This document shows positions 1 through 9,860 of a DNA stretch of 62,370 nucleotides, piece after piece. Source of the stretch: Deltaproteobacteria bacterium (GTDB lineage: Bacteria; Desulfobacterota; Syntrophia; Syntrophales; JAFGIO01). Below the pieces are notes generated by a model that was given only the letters and a program-made list of their open reading frames with translations, was not told the DNA's origin and did not search any database. The translations under genes and the position numbers were made by a program. Within the stretch, counting starts at the first letter, position 1. Each line of letters begins with the position of its first letter. The stretch lies in contig JAFGIO010000080.1 in assembly GCA_016929555.1 (NCBI GenBank), forward strand, positions 1 to 62,370, in the 5' to 3' direction.

Positions 1-176
1 AGCACCGGGGATCCATTGCTGAGTTGTTGTCGGAGCTTCGATCTTGAAACAAGTGTGTATGCCCCCATGTTTTCCCGCCGGCCATTGTGTCAATGTTCTC
101 CTGATCATGCAGAAAAAGCTTCGGAAGGAATTTCTTTTTTATGGAGATTCAAGAGGGAAAGTGCTTTAAATATTTC

Positions 177-205
177 TTGACATTTGCCCATCAGATCATC
201 TAAAT
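177..205 (+). promoter_or_regulatory. weak sigma-70-like promoter candidate upstream of the leader region
   Basis: TTGACA at 177-182, a 17-nt spacer, then CTAAAT at 200-205. The -10 element is poor. No ORF follows before the terminators. Confidence 0.25.
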
Positions 206-337
206 GAATGCACGAAAAGAAAGCGTGAGGGTGCCGTGGATAGATTCTTCAAGCAAAAAGATAAATTTTTTGCTTTTTATGGTTTTTTTAGCGGGGTCTG
301 CCCGGTGCGCTCTTGAGACAGGATAACTTGGAACAGG

Positions 338-377
338 GCCGTGGGCAGACCGAAGAAACTGCCCACGGCTTTTTTTT
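338..377 (+). terminator. rho-independent terminator 1
   Basis: An 11-bp perfect stem, GCCGTGGGCAG (338-348) pairing with CTGCCCACGGC (359-369). The loop is 10 nt and a T8 tract follows at 370-377. Confidence 0.7.
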
Positions 378-384
378 GGGGAAA

Positions 385-419
385 GGCCGTGGAGAATTCA
401 CGGCCTTTTTTATTTTTTT
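385..419 (+). terminator. rho-independent terminator 2, in tandem with terminator 1
   Basis: A 7-bp stem, GGCCGTG (385-391) pairing with CACGGCC (399-405), followed by TTTTTTATTTTTTT. Confidence 0.55.
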
Positions 420-438
420 GATTCAGGGAGGAACAGTT

Positions 439-1650
439 ATGAAGACGATGTTGAGAAATGTAGCAGTTGCAATCCTCGCCGTGCTGATGATCATGGCGGG
501 AACGCCGCCGGCGCTCGCCAAAACCATCAAGGTCGGCGCGGCCATCAACATGACAGGGCCGGCATCCACCTGGGGGCAGTTCCATGCGAAAGGGCAACAG
601 GATTATTTCCGGTACGTCAACGAAACGAAGGGAGGCGTCGGGGGAAACAAGATCGAGATGATCCTGGAGGACACGGGATACAAGGTTCCCGAGGCTGTGG
701 CCGCCGTCCGCAAATTTGCCGTCCAGGACCAGGTTGACATGATCGCCACCTGGGGGGCCGGAGAAGGGTTGGCCGCCAAGCCGCTCATTCAGAGGTACCG
801 CATCCCGACGATCAATTATTCCACGAGCTGGGAACTTCTCGAAGCGCCCGTCGCCTACATGTACCTTCCCTTCGGCAGTTACCGTATGGACTGCTATGCC
901 ATTCTGGAGTATATCCGGGTCATCCACAAGGGGAAGGAAGCACCGAAGGTCGGACTTCTGACGTACAACAACGCCTATGGGCGGTCCATTCACCAGCCAA
1001 GCAGGGAATATGCGGAGAAGAACAACATCAACATCGTGGCGATCGAGGAATTTCCACCGAAAACTGTCGATTTGACGACGGAATTGCTTCGATTAAAGCA
1101 GAAAGGCGCAGAATACGTCTTCATGCAGATGCTTCCGGCAACCATCATCACCACTTTCAAGAGCGCCGACCGCATCGGATATGCGCCGCAATTTTTCGGG
1201 ACCTGGACATCGACGGATCCCGATTTCTTCAAGATGGGCAAGGGTCTGATCAAGAATCGTCTCTCCATACAATTTCCGGGCGGTCTTCCCGTTGATGGGA
1301 CACCGGGCATCAAAGTGCTCAAAGATCTATGGAAACGTTACAAAACCGTGAACCGTTTCGATGCCTCATACTGGGAAGGCGTGGTCGTCGGCATGATCAT
1401 GGAAAGGGCCTTCATCCGGGCAAATGAAAAATACAAGGAAATCAACAGGGAGACGATCAACAAGGCCATGGAATCCTTCCGGGAGGAGGATTTCGGCGGT
1501 CTCGTTCCCAATGTAACCTATACGAGCACAGACCACGGTGCATCCTTCAAGGCGCGGATCGTCCAGGTAAGCGAGGACGGGTCTTTCAAGCCCCTGACGA
1601 ATTTCTACAGCCCCGGGAATGAGAAGATCCGTCTGTTAAAAAAACAATAG
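439..1650 (+). CDS. ABC transporter periplasmic substrate-binding protein (LivK/branched-chain amino acid-type family)
   Basis: ATG at 439 follows a GGGAGG RBS. The signal peptide reads MKTMLRNVAVAILAVLMIMAGTPPALA. The upstream 313-438 part of the ORF runs across the two terminators, so I trimmed it. Confidence 0.9.
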   Translation: MKTMLRNVAVAILAVLMIMAGTPPALAKTIKVGAAINMTGPASTWGQFHAKGQQDYFRYVNETKGGVGGNKIEMILEDTGYKVPEAVAAVRKFAVQDQVDMIATWGAGEGLAAKPLIQRYRIPTINYSTSWELLEAPVAYMYLPFGSYRMDCYAILEYIRVIHKGKEAPKVGLLTYNNAYGRSIHQPSREYAEKNNINIVAIEEFPPKTVDLTTELLRLKQKGAEYVFMQMLPATIITTFKSADRIGYAPQFFGTWTSTDPDFFKMGKGLIKNRLSIQFPGGLPVDGTPGIKVLKDLWKRYKTVNRFDASYWEGVVVGMIMERAFIRANEKYKEINRETINKAMESFREEDFGGLVPNVTYTSTDHGASFKARIVQVSEDGSFKPLTNFYSPGNEKIRLLKKQ

Positions 1651-1660
1651 ACAGGAATTC

Positions 1661-2491
1661 ATGAAATCATTAAGGGGACAGCCCAGCATCTTCGCGGGCA
1701 GAAAGCCCGGGGAGGTGCGGGCGGATCTCGATGCCCGCAACTTGACGCTGAGATTCGGGGGGGTTACGGCCCTTGACGGTGTCGATCTGCAGGTCCGGAC
1801 AGGGGAACTTTTGGCCGTCATCGGACCAAACGGCGCCGGGAAAACCAGCTTGCTGAATTGCATCACGGGATACTACAAGGCCCAGCAGGGCGCTGTTGCC
1901 TTTAATGGTGTTGATATTACGAACCGTACAACCCATGAACTCGTTCGCGTCGGGATCGGCCGCACCTTTCAAAACATAGAGCTCTTTCCCGGCATGACGG
2001 TCCTGTCCAACATGCTTCTGGCGAGACATACGCACTGCAGCTACGGCCTGGGTGCGGCGTCGCTCTTTCTTGGCGCTGTGCGGGAGGAAGAGATACGCCA
2101 CCGACGTGTTCTCGAAGAACTCATCGATTTTCTCGAAATGCAGGCCATCAGAAAAAAAACCGTCGGATCGCTGCCCTACGGCATGATGAAACGGGTTGAA
2201 CTGGGCAGGGCCCTCGCCCTGGAACCGAAGCTTCTGGTCCTCGACGAGCCCTTTGCGGGAATGAATCTCGAGGAGAAGGAGGACATGGTACGGTTTCTCC
2301 TGGAGATGAACGGAGCCTGGGGTCAAACGATGATTCTGGTGGAGCATGACATGTCCATTGTCATGAGCATTGCCCAGCGAGTCGTCGTTTTGAACTTCGG
2401 GGAAAAGCTGGCCGAAGGAACGCCCGAGCAGGTCCGAAGCGAGCCTGAAGTGATCAAGGCCTATCTAGGGGATACGGAAACGGTATTGTAG
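1661..2491 (+). CDS. ABC transporter ATP-binding protein (LivG-like)
   Basis: Walker A GPNGAGKT, an LLVLDEP Walker B region, and the LivG-type C-terminal KAYLG. Confidence 0.9.
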   Translation: MKSLRGQPSIFAGRKPGEVRADLDARNLTLRFGGVTALDGVDLQVRTGELLAVIGPNGAGKTSLLNCITGYYKAQQGAVAFNGVDITNRTTHELVRVGIGRTFQNIELFPGMTVLSNMLLARHTHCSYGLGAASLFLGAVREEEIRHRRVLEELIDFLEMQAIRKKTVGSLPYGMMKRVELGRALALEPKLLVLDEPFAGMNLEEKEDMVRFLLEMNGAWGQTMILVEHDMSIVMSIAQRVVVLNFGEKLAEGTPEQVRSEPEVIKAYLGDTETVL

Positions 2492-2501
2492 GTTGTGACT
2501 C

Positions 2502-4412
2502 ATGGAACCTTTGCCCCTGTCAGGGACATTGCCTCAGATTTTGATAAGTCAAGCCGAGCGCTACGGCTCAAGGCTGACAGCTATCCGTGAAAAGGCCTAC
2601 GGCATCTGGCAAAGCTACACCTGGCAGGATTACGGAAGATACGTTCGAAAGGCGGCCATGGGATTCAAGAATATTGGGCTTCACAGGGGCGAGCATGTCG
2701 GCATGATCACCGGCAATCACCCGGAATGGCTTTTCAGCGAACTCGGCGCCCAGGCGGCAGGTGGGATCACTTTGAACCTTTTTACCTCATCGGTCAGCGA
2801 CGAGATCAGCAACACGCTTAACCGCATTCGAGCCTCCTATGTTGTCGCCCAGGATCAGGAACAGGTAGACAAGCTCATCGAAGCGCGCGGGCGTCTGTCA
2901 CATGTCCGAAAAGTCGTTTACATCGATCCGACGGGCATGCGAAATTACGAAAATGACGCCTGGCTCATGAGTTACCGCGATTTTCTGAGCCAAGGCGAGG
3001 CCTTGGATACGGAAAATTCCGAACTCTTTCTGCGTGAGCTCAAAAGAGGCAGGAGCGATGACGTCGCCGTCATGATCACCACCTCTGGGACAACGGGCAT
3101 TCCAAAACTCGCCATGCTTACACATCGAAACTTTATATCCATCGGCAAAAGTTGGCTGAATGCCATTGAGATCACGCCAGGTGAAAACTGGATCTCCATG
3201 TCGCCGCCGGCCTGGATCGTCGACCAGATGTGGGGATTCGGAGTCGCCCTTATAAGCGGCATGACGATGAATTTTCCCGAAACGGAGGAAACGGTCATCG
3301 AGGATTTCCGAGAGATCGGTCCCTCCGTGATCATTACGGCCTCGCGTTTCTGGGAGGATCTGGCTTCGAAGATCCGGGTAAAGATGTCCGATTCGGGATA
3401 TATCAAACGCAAGGTGTTCGATTATGCGGAAAAAGTCGGGAGAGTCCTTTTGCAATATGAAACAGAAAGAAAGGGGATCCCCCTTTATCTTCGAATCCTG
3501 CATCAATCCTTTTCCCTGATGCTTTACGGGCCGCTTCTGGATCGAATCGGCTGCTCGGGTTTCCGGGGCGCATACACGGGCGGTCATCCCATCAGTCCCG
3601 ATGTCATACGCTTCTTTCGGGCCATCGGTCTCAATCTAAAGCAGTGCTATGGTCTCACCGAGGCGGGAGGCATATTCCAGGTGCAGCCGGATCGCGAAGT
3701 CAAGCCTGAAACTGTCGGGAAATCCTTGCCCCAAGTCGAGGTGAAGATTGCTTCAGATCAAGAAGTTCTCGTGAAGAGTGAAGCCAATTTCGCCGGATAT
3801 TACCAGGATTTTGCTGCAACGGAGGCCGCATTCAGCGACGGCTGGCTCCGGACCGGAGATGCCGGCTATTTTGATGGTGACGGCCATATCGTCATTATCG
3901 GCCGCAAGGAAGAAATCATCAGGAACAAGGATGGCGCCGCCTTTTCACCGGACTTCATCGAAACCAGACTGAAGTTCAGCCCCTTCATCAAGGAAGCGGT
4001 CGTCTTCGGCGAAGGACGGCCTTTCATTACCGCACTGATCAATATCGACATGGGCAATGTAGGCAACTGGGCGGAAGATCGAATGATACCCTATACGACC
4101 TATACGGATCTGTCTCAGCAGCAGGCCGTAGAGGATTTGATCTTTCAAGAGGTCCGTACCGTCAACACCCAGATACCCGAAGAAATGAGGATAAAGAAAT
4201 TCATTCTTCTTTACAAACTTCTCGATGCCGATGATGAGGAGTTGACGAGAACGGGAAAGGTGCGGCGTCGTTTTGTTTACGGTCTTTATCTGAAACTTAT
4301 CGAGGCAATGTACAGCAACCTTGAATCCCTGAACGTAACGGGCAAAGTCCGCTACCGTGATGGCCAGATAGGCGAAATTGAAACCAGGGTGCAAATAATT
4401 TCAGCGGCCTGA
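2502..4412 (+). CDS. AMP-dependent acyl-CoA synthetase/ligase (long-chain type) embedded in the ABC operon
   Basis: AMP-binding core TSGTTGIPK and the GWLRTGD motif. 636 aa. Confidence 0.88.
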   Translation: MEPLPLSGTLPQILISQAERYGSRLTAIREKAYGIWQSYTWQDYGRYVRKAAMGFKNIGLHRGEHVGMITGNHPEWLFSELGAQAAGGITLNLFTSSVSDEISNTLNRIRASYVVAQDQEQVDKLIEARGRLSHVRKVVYIDPTGMRNYENDAWLMSYRDFLSQGEALDTENSELFLRELKRGRSDDVAVMITTSGTTGIPKLAMLTHRNFISIGKSWLNAIEITPGENWISMSPPAWIVDQMWGFGVALISGMTMNFPETEETVIEDFREIGPSVIITASRFWEDLASKIRVKMSDSGYIKRKVFDYAEKVGRVLLQYETERKGIPLYLRILHQSFSLMLYGPLLDRIGCSGFRGAYTGGHPISPDVIRFFRAIGLNLKQCYGLTEAGGIFQVQPDREVKPETVGKSLPQVEVKIASDQEVLVKSEANFAGYYQDFAATEAAFSDGWLRTGDAGYFDGDGHIVIIGRKEEIIRNKDGAAFSPDFIETRLKFSPFIKEAVVFGEGRPFITALINIDMGNVGNWAEDRMIPYTTYTDLSQQQAVEDLIFQEVRTVNTQIPEEMRIKKFILLYKLLDADDEELTRTGKVRRRFVYGLYLKLIEAMYSNLESLNVTGKVRYRDGQIGEIETRVQIISAA

Positions 4413-4491
4413 GCAAGATCGTCATATGCTATCGAAACAGAAGGAGTATCTTCGAACAGTGGGTGGCGCCTGATAGAAAGGGTATGTTTTC

Positions 4492-5370
4492 ATGAATTTC
4501 TTTATGCAACTCCTTGTCAACGGCATCTGTGTGGGATTCCTCTACGGGATCTCCGCCATGGGTTTCGTCATGATATTCAAGTCTTCAAGTGTTCTCAACT
4601 TTGCCCACGGAGAGCTCATAGCCATAGGGGCTTTTCTGTTTCTCGTCTTGGTTACCTGGGCGCAATTGCCGATTGCCCTATCGTTTTTCATCACCCTTGC
4701 GGGTTGCTTCGCGTTGGGATTCATTGTGGAACGGTTATTTCTGCGGCCTTTGATCGGAGAACCTCTGATCTTCGTCATCATGCTCACCGTCGGTCTCGCC
4801 GCGATGTTCAAAGGATTGATATTGTTGATCTTCGGAGGGAATCTCCACACATATCCCCGTTTTTTGCCCGCTTCGTTGGGGATTGATTATGGACCCGTCA
4901 ACATCCCGCCGGTCTATGTAGCAACGCTCATTATCGGTATCACCTTTCTGGTGCTTTTCGGCCTCTTCTTCAAGTATTCCTCCCAGGGGATTTATATGCG
5001 CTCCGTAGCGGACAACCAGCGCGCCGCTCTTTCTCTGGGAGTACATGTACGGCGCGTCTTTGCCCTGTCCTGGGCCATCGCCGCCCTCGTCGCAGGTATG
5101 AGCGGCATCGTACTCGGCATCATCAATGGGATCAATGTGCATGACCTTTCCTCCATAGGCCTGAAGGTCTTCCCGGTCGTCATTCTGGGCGGTCTGGACA
5201 GTATCGGAGGCGCCATCATTGGGGGGATCATCATCGGCCTTTTGGAAACCTTCACGGGAGGATATATTTCACCGTCGCTTCGTGATGTCGTCCCCTATAT
5301 CGTGCTCGTCTTTATCCTGATGGTAAAGCCGTATGGTTTGTTCGGACTGGTGGAGATCGAGCGGGTTTAG
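4492..5370 (+). CDS. ABC transporter permease (LivH-like)
   Basis: Polytopic hydrophobic protein of 292 aa. Position and length are typical of LivH. Confidence 0.9.
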   Translation: MNFFMQLLVNGICVGFLYGISAMGFVMIFKSSSVLNFAHGELIAIGAFLFLVLVTWAQLPIALSFFITLAGCFALGFIVERLFLRPLIGEPLIFVIMLTVGLAAMFKGLILLIFGGNLHTYPRFLPASLGIDYGPVNIPPVYVATLIIGITFLVLFGLFFKYSSQGIYMRSVADNQRAALSLGVHVRRVFALSWAIAALVAGMSGIVLGIINGINVHDLSSIGLKVFPVVILGGLDSIGGAIIGGIIIGLLETFTGGYISPSLRDVVPYIVLVFILMVKPYGLFGLVEIERV

Positions 5371-5372
5371 CC

Positions 5373-6443
5373 ATGAAGAAACTTCGTTTTCATCCCTGCG
5401 GTAATTTCAGGGACCATTATAAGCAGGAGCTCGCCATCTTCGAAACGGATTTCGGTCGGCTTATGCTCTGGATCGGTATAGGTTTGCTTTTCGCCGCCGT
5501 GCCGACACTGAGCAGCCCCTATACGCTCTATGTCGTAAACACGGTGGGCATTACATCCATCGCAGCGATAGGCCTGAACATCCTGGTGGGCTATACGGGC
5601 CAGATATCCCTCGGACACGGTGCGTTTTTCGGTGTGGGGGCTTACGCCGCCGCCATCCTGGCCACGTCGGCCAACGTACCCTTTCTGATCGCTGTACCGG
5701 CCGCAGGCCTGATCACGGCCATGGTAGGAATGATCTTTGGGATCCCCTCGGGAAGGCTGAAGGGCCTTTACCTGACCATTGCCACATTGGCCGGTCAGTT
5801 CATCATTGAATACACAATAATCCATTGGGAAAGTTTGACCATGGGTACAAGGGGAATCACATTGCCCGAGGCATCCTTGTTGGGAATTCGGGTAAGAGGG
5901 GATTTGGGATTTTTTTATGTGATCTTCATCCTCTTGATCGCCATGACCTGGATCGCCGTGAACATCATGAGAACGAGATATGGGAGGGCTTTCATCGCAA
6001 TCCGAGACAATGACCGTGCCGCGGAGGGTATGGGTATACCCATTTTCCAATACAAGCTTCTTTCCTTCGGTATCAGCTCTTTCTACGCAGGAATCGCCGG
6101 GGCGATATGGGCGTACTACATGATCAGCGTCACGGCGGAGCCTTTCAACCTGATGCTTTCCGTCGAATATATCGCCATGATTATCATCGGGGGGCTCGGA
6201 AACATTCCGGGTGCCATCTTAGGCGCCACGTTTATCACCCTTCTCAATGAACTTTTGCGATGGTTTACGGGAATTCTGATCAACACAAATCTTTTTGCTG
6301 GGTTAGGTCTAAACATGGCGCCTCTGAGGGAATTCGTTTTCGGATTGACCATCGTACTGTTTATTCTCTTCGAACCGCGGGGACTCGCTGAGATATGGCG
6401 AATCCTTCGCTCCAGTTTCAGGCTCTGGCCCTTCTCCTATTGA
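5373..6443 (+). CDS. ABC transporter permease (LivM-like)
   Basis: Polytopic protein of 356 aa, starting 3 nt after the LivH-like stop. Confidence 0.9.
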   Translation: MKKLRFHPCGNFRDHYKQELAIFETDFGRLMLWIGIGLLFAAVPTLSSPYTLYVVNTVGITSIAAIGLNILVGYTGQISLGHGAFFGVGAYAAAILATSANVPFLIAVPAAGLITAMVGMIFGIPSGRLKGLYLTIATLAGQFIIEYTIIHWESLTMGTRGITLPEASLLGIRVRGDLGFFYVIFILLIAMTWIAVNIMRTRYGRAFIAIRDNDRAAEGMGIPIFQYKLLSFGISSFYAGIAGAIWAYYMISVTAEPFNLMLSVEYIAMIIIGGLGNIPGAILGATFITLLNELLRWFTGILINTNLFAGLGLNMAPLREFVFGLTIVLFILFEPRGLAEIWRILRSSFRLWPFSY

Positions 6444-6452
6444 GGGTAAACG

Positions 6453-7256
6453 GTGGAAGACAATATTCTCCTGCAGATCAATAACATATCCGTTGTCTAT
6501 TCGGACGTTATCCAGGTGCTGAAGGGCGTATCGCTGACTGTGGAGAAGAATCACATCGTATCGCTTCTGGGAAGCAACGGATCGGGCAAGACGACGACGC
6601 TGAAGGCGATTTCCGGTCTTCTCAAACCCGAGAACGGCAAGGTAACGGACGGCACGATTCTTTACAGCGGCGAGCCGATACAGAACCAATCGCCTGAAAC
6701 CATCACCCGGGCCGGCATCATCCAGGTTCTCGAAGGGAGGCAGCCCTTCAAATATCTGACCATCGAAGAGAATCTGAGGGTCGGTACGGCGACCCGCTGG
6801 GGGAAACCCTATCGGCAGGACATAGATCTGGTCTACCGTTACTTTCCTGCGCTTCTGGCGAGAAGAAAGTCCCTCGCCGGATACTGCAGCGGCGGCGAAT
6901 TGCAGATGCTGGTCATGGGAAGGGCTCTGATGGCCCACCCGGAACTGCTGCTGCTCGATGAACCTTCCCTGGGACTGGCTCCCCTCGTCGTCAAGGAGAT
7001 TTTCAGGATCATCAAAAGGATCAATGAGGAACAGGGTACGACGATCGTTCTGGTAGAGCAGAACGCAAACATGGCACTACAGATTGCCCATACGGGTTAT
7101 GTCATGGAAAACGGCAAGATCGTCATGGAAGGAAGGGCCTTGGATCTCATCGAGAATCCGGATATCAAGGAGTTCTACCTGGGAATGGCGGCCTCGGGGG
7201 ACTCGAGGTCTTACCGGGACGTGAAGTCCTATCGGCGACGGAAGCGTTGGCTGTAG
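6453..7256 (+). CDS. ABC transporter ATP-binding protein (LivF-like)
   Basis: GTG start, Walker A GSNGSGKTT, signature SGGE and Walker B LLLLDEPS. Confidence 0.9.
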   Translation: MEDNILLQINNISVVYSDVIQVLKGVSLTVEKNHIVSLLGSNGSGKTTTLKAISGLLKPENGKVTDGTILYSGEPIQNQSPETITRAGIIQVLEGRQPFKYLTIEENLRVGTATRWGKPYRQDIDLVYRYFPALLARRKSLAGYCSGGELQMLVMGRALMAHPELLLLDEPSLGLAPLVVKEIFRIIKRINEEQGTTIVLVEQNANMALQIAHTGYVMENGKIVMEGRALDLIENPDIKEFYLGMAASGDSRSYRDVKSYRRRKRWL

Positions 7257-7372
7257 CGGAGGACCTGTTAAAGAAATCCACATATTTCCGTTTGGGTTTC
7301 GATGGAGGAGGAAGGTTATATCCTTCGGTGGGCATCCATGGAGATGGCGGAACTTTCGAAAGGAATGGGTCG

Positions 7373-8629
7373 ATGAGCGTTTATTACGACGACAGGGAAT
7401 CAAGAACCGTTGAGGAAAGGATCGAGGATCAGGATACGCTACTGGCCCGTATGGTTCGGAGGGGTTACAGAAAATCCATGGGATTGAGGAGAATGCTGGA
7501 CGATCTCGGCATCGACCCCCGTTCCATAAGGTCCCGGGAAGACCTGACGGTTCTTCCCGTCCTTTCAAGGGAGAGACTCGTCGAAATGCAGATGGCCGAC
7601 CCGCCCTATGGCGGGCTGGCCGACAAAGAGGCAGCGGTGGACCGGATATTCACCTCGCCCGGCCCTGTCTACGAACCACATCTGTCCGAATCAGATCCCC
7701 TATGGGCCCGGGCCTACTATGCAGCGGGCATCCGAAAGGGAGATGTGGTCCTCAATGCTTTTTCCTATCACATGGTAGCTGCCGGGTTGACCTTTCATGC
7801 AGGATTGCGAAGGATCGGAGCCACCGTTGTTCCGTCAGGGACGTCCAGTGGCCAACTCCAGGTCCAGTTGATGCGCGATCTGGGGGTCACGGCCTATACG
7901 GGTACCCCAAGCTTCCTGATGGCGATCATCAAGAAGGCCGAGGAGGAGGGACATACTTTCGAAAAAGACTTCCGGCTTCGAAGGGCCTGTTTTGCCGCGG
8001 AGCCCCTTCAGCCAGCGCTTCGGAAGATATTCGAAGAGAGGTACGGCATAGAAACCTTTCAAATGTACGGGGCAACGGAGGTAGGAGATGTCGCCTTCGA
8101 ATGTTGCGAAAAGCGTGGGTGGCATATCTGCGAGGAAGTCATTGTGGAAATTGTCGATCCTGCAACCGGAAAGAGAACCGATCCCGGGCAATTGGGCGAG
8201 GTTGTCGTGACTCGGTTCAACAAGGTCTTTTTCCTGTTGCGGTTCGGAACGGGGGACCTTTCCAGGATGATCGTGCAGAAGTGCCCCTGCGGTCGGACAT
8301 CCTACCTTCTTGATGGCATTGCGGGACGGGTAGGCGACGCCATCAAGATCCGTGGACTTTTTGTGGCGCCGAGCCAGTTAAAGACGGTTCAGGGACATTT
8401 TGAAGGTATCCGGTTTCAGCTCATTGTAAGCCGATCGGGCCATGAAGACCATTTGACCCTGAGGATAGAGCCTAAGGAACCCCCGGTTGACAGATCAGCC
8501 CTTACAGAGAGTTTTACGCGAATATTCAGAGAGATATGCACGGTACGGATCGACAAGATCGAGTACCTGGAACCCGGAACCTTTCCTGCGGATTTCAAGA
8601 GCATCGTAGACCACAGAAGCTGGGCCTGA
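7373..8629 (+). CDS. phenylacetate-CoA ligase-like adenylate-forming enzyme (PaaK family)
   Basis: Matches PaaK-family length at 418 aa, counted from the internal ATG at 7373. The GTPSF and YG.TE motif regions are present. The longer ORF from 7247 overlaps the LivF-like gene. Confidence 0.82.
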   Translation: MSVYYDDRESRTVEERIEDQDTLLARMVRRGYRKSMGLRRMLDDLGIDPRSIRSREDLTVLPVLSRERLVEMQMADPPYGGLADKEAAVDRIFTSPGPVYEPHLSESDPLWARAYYAAGIRKGDVVLNAFSYHMVAAGLTFHAGLRRIGATVVPSGTSSGQLQVQLMRDLGVTAYTGTPSFLMAIIKKAEEEGHTFEKDFRLRRACFAAEPLQPALRKIFEERYGIETFQMYGATEVGDVAFECCEKRGWHICEEVIVEIVDPATGKRTDPGQLGEVVVTRFNKVFFLLRFGTGDLSRMIVQKCPCGRTSYLLDGIAGRVGDAIKIRGLFVAPSQLKTVQGHFEGIRFQLIVSRSGHEDHLTLRIEPKEPPVDRSALTESFTRIFREICTVRIDKIEYLEPGTFPADFKSIVDHRSWA

Positions 8630-8939
8630 TCGGATACGCGGAGAACCTCGAACCACTGAAAATGCAGTTGCTTCGGTTATTCAAGGAATCCGTCCGTTGT
8701 CCATCCTGCATCCATTTGAATCGCCGTCGTTTTCATCGGATGCCCTCCATGCACAAACCGCCCGCATCCTGACCTGTATTCAGAGGATGCAAATCTGTCG
8801 ATATCGGCGATGAACCGGGAGCCGCCGATCAATAAATCCACTTTTTCGGCAGAAATGCTTATCTGTTACAATAGGACAGGTCTCCAATGCGGCAGAAAAA
8901 AACTTTGCGTCCCTTCCGCATTTACGTTAGAGAAACGAA

Positions 8940-9860
8940 ATGGATCATCTGATAGATACCTATTTGAACCACCTGGCCGTTGAAAAGGGCTGTTCACGCA
9001 ACACCCTGGAGGCTTACAGTCGGGATTTGCACGTTTATGCCGAGTTCATGCAAAACGATTGTGGCCGAGTCCAAATCGAAGAAATATCGGCCGATGACGT
9101 CCTGTCCTATTTCACTGCCCTTAAACAAAAAGGGCTTCACGAAAGTTCCGTCAATCGAACCATGTCCGCCCTGCGGGGATTTTACAAGTTTCATCTGCGC
9201 GAAGGGAGGATTGCGCAAAATCCCATGGCATTTATCGAGTCGTCAAAGGGGTGGACGCGTCTTCCCGATACCCTGACGATACGCGAAATGGAGCGTCTGC
9301 TCGAACAGCCTGCCCAAAAGACGCCTGCGGGAATGCGAGACAAGGCCATGCTAGATCTGCTCTATGCGACGGGAATAAGGGTAACGGAATTGCTGACCCT
9401 CACAGTCAACAGCATCAACTGGCAGGTGGGATACCTGATCGTCCTGGGAAAGGGCGGGAAAGAACGGATTGTGCCCATCGGCGAGGCCGCAAACAAGAGT
9501 CTTACCCGCTACGTGGAGCAGGTGAGACCGGTCTATCTGCAAGGGCGGTTGTCGGACAGTCTCTTTCTCAATCGTTTCGGATCCGCAATGACGAGACAGG
9601 GATTCTGGAAAAAAGTCAAGAAATATGCATCGGCGGCCGGTCTGAATTCGAAAGTTCATCCCCATACCTTCAGGCACTCCTTTGCCACACATCTTCTGGA
9701 AGGAGGTGCCGACCTGCGCTCCGTTCAAATCATGCTCGGACACGTTGATGTCTCGACCACACAGATCTATACCCATGTTTCCCGCCGGCGCTTGAAAGAA
9801 GTTCACCGTCGTTCTCATCCTCGAGGCCGCTTGATACCGGAAGGAGCGGAAGATGGTTAG
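8940..9860 (+). CDS. xerD: site-specific tyrosine recombinase XerD
   Basis: N-terminal YLNHLAVEKGCSRNTLEAYSRDL. C-terminal catalytic HTFRHSFATHLLEGGADLRSVQIMLGH..STTQIYTH. Confidence 0.85.
   Translation: MDHLIDTYLNHLAVEKGCSRNTLEAYSRDLHVYAEFMQNDCGRVQIEEISADDVLSYFTALKQKGLHESSVNRTMSALRGFYKFHLREGRIAQNPMAFIESSKGWTRLPDTLTIREMERLLEQPAQKTPAGMRDKAMLDLLYATGIRVTELLTLTVNSINWQVGYLIVLGKGGKERIVPIGEAANKSLTRYVEQVRPVYLQGRLSDSLFLNRFGSAMTRQGFWKKVKKYASAAGLNSKVHPHTFRHSFATHLLEGGADLRSVQIMLGHVDVSTTQIYTHVSRRRLKEVHRRSHPRGRLIPEGAEDG

Noticed and set aside
313-438. N-terminal 42-codon extension of the substrate-binding-protein ORF.
   Set aside because: The extension is translated straight through two intrinsic terminator hairpins and T-tracts. 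A GGGAGG RBS and a signal peptide begin at the internal ATG at 439.
8677-8736. A 19-codon minus-strand ORF (MKTTAIQMDAGWTTDGFLE) with a GGAGGG RBS, lying between the PaaK-like gene and xerD.
   Set aside because: It is too short to evaluate without comparative data. It has no partner genes, such as the modifying enzymes or exporters expected around a RiPP precursor, that would give it meaning.
8940-9860. XerD considered as a mobile-element integrase marking an island.
   Set aside because: Its sequence is that of the housekeeping XerD type. It is embedded among core genes with no flanking repeats, no tRNA and no compositional shift.
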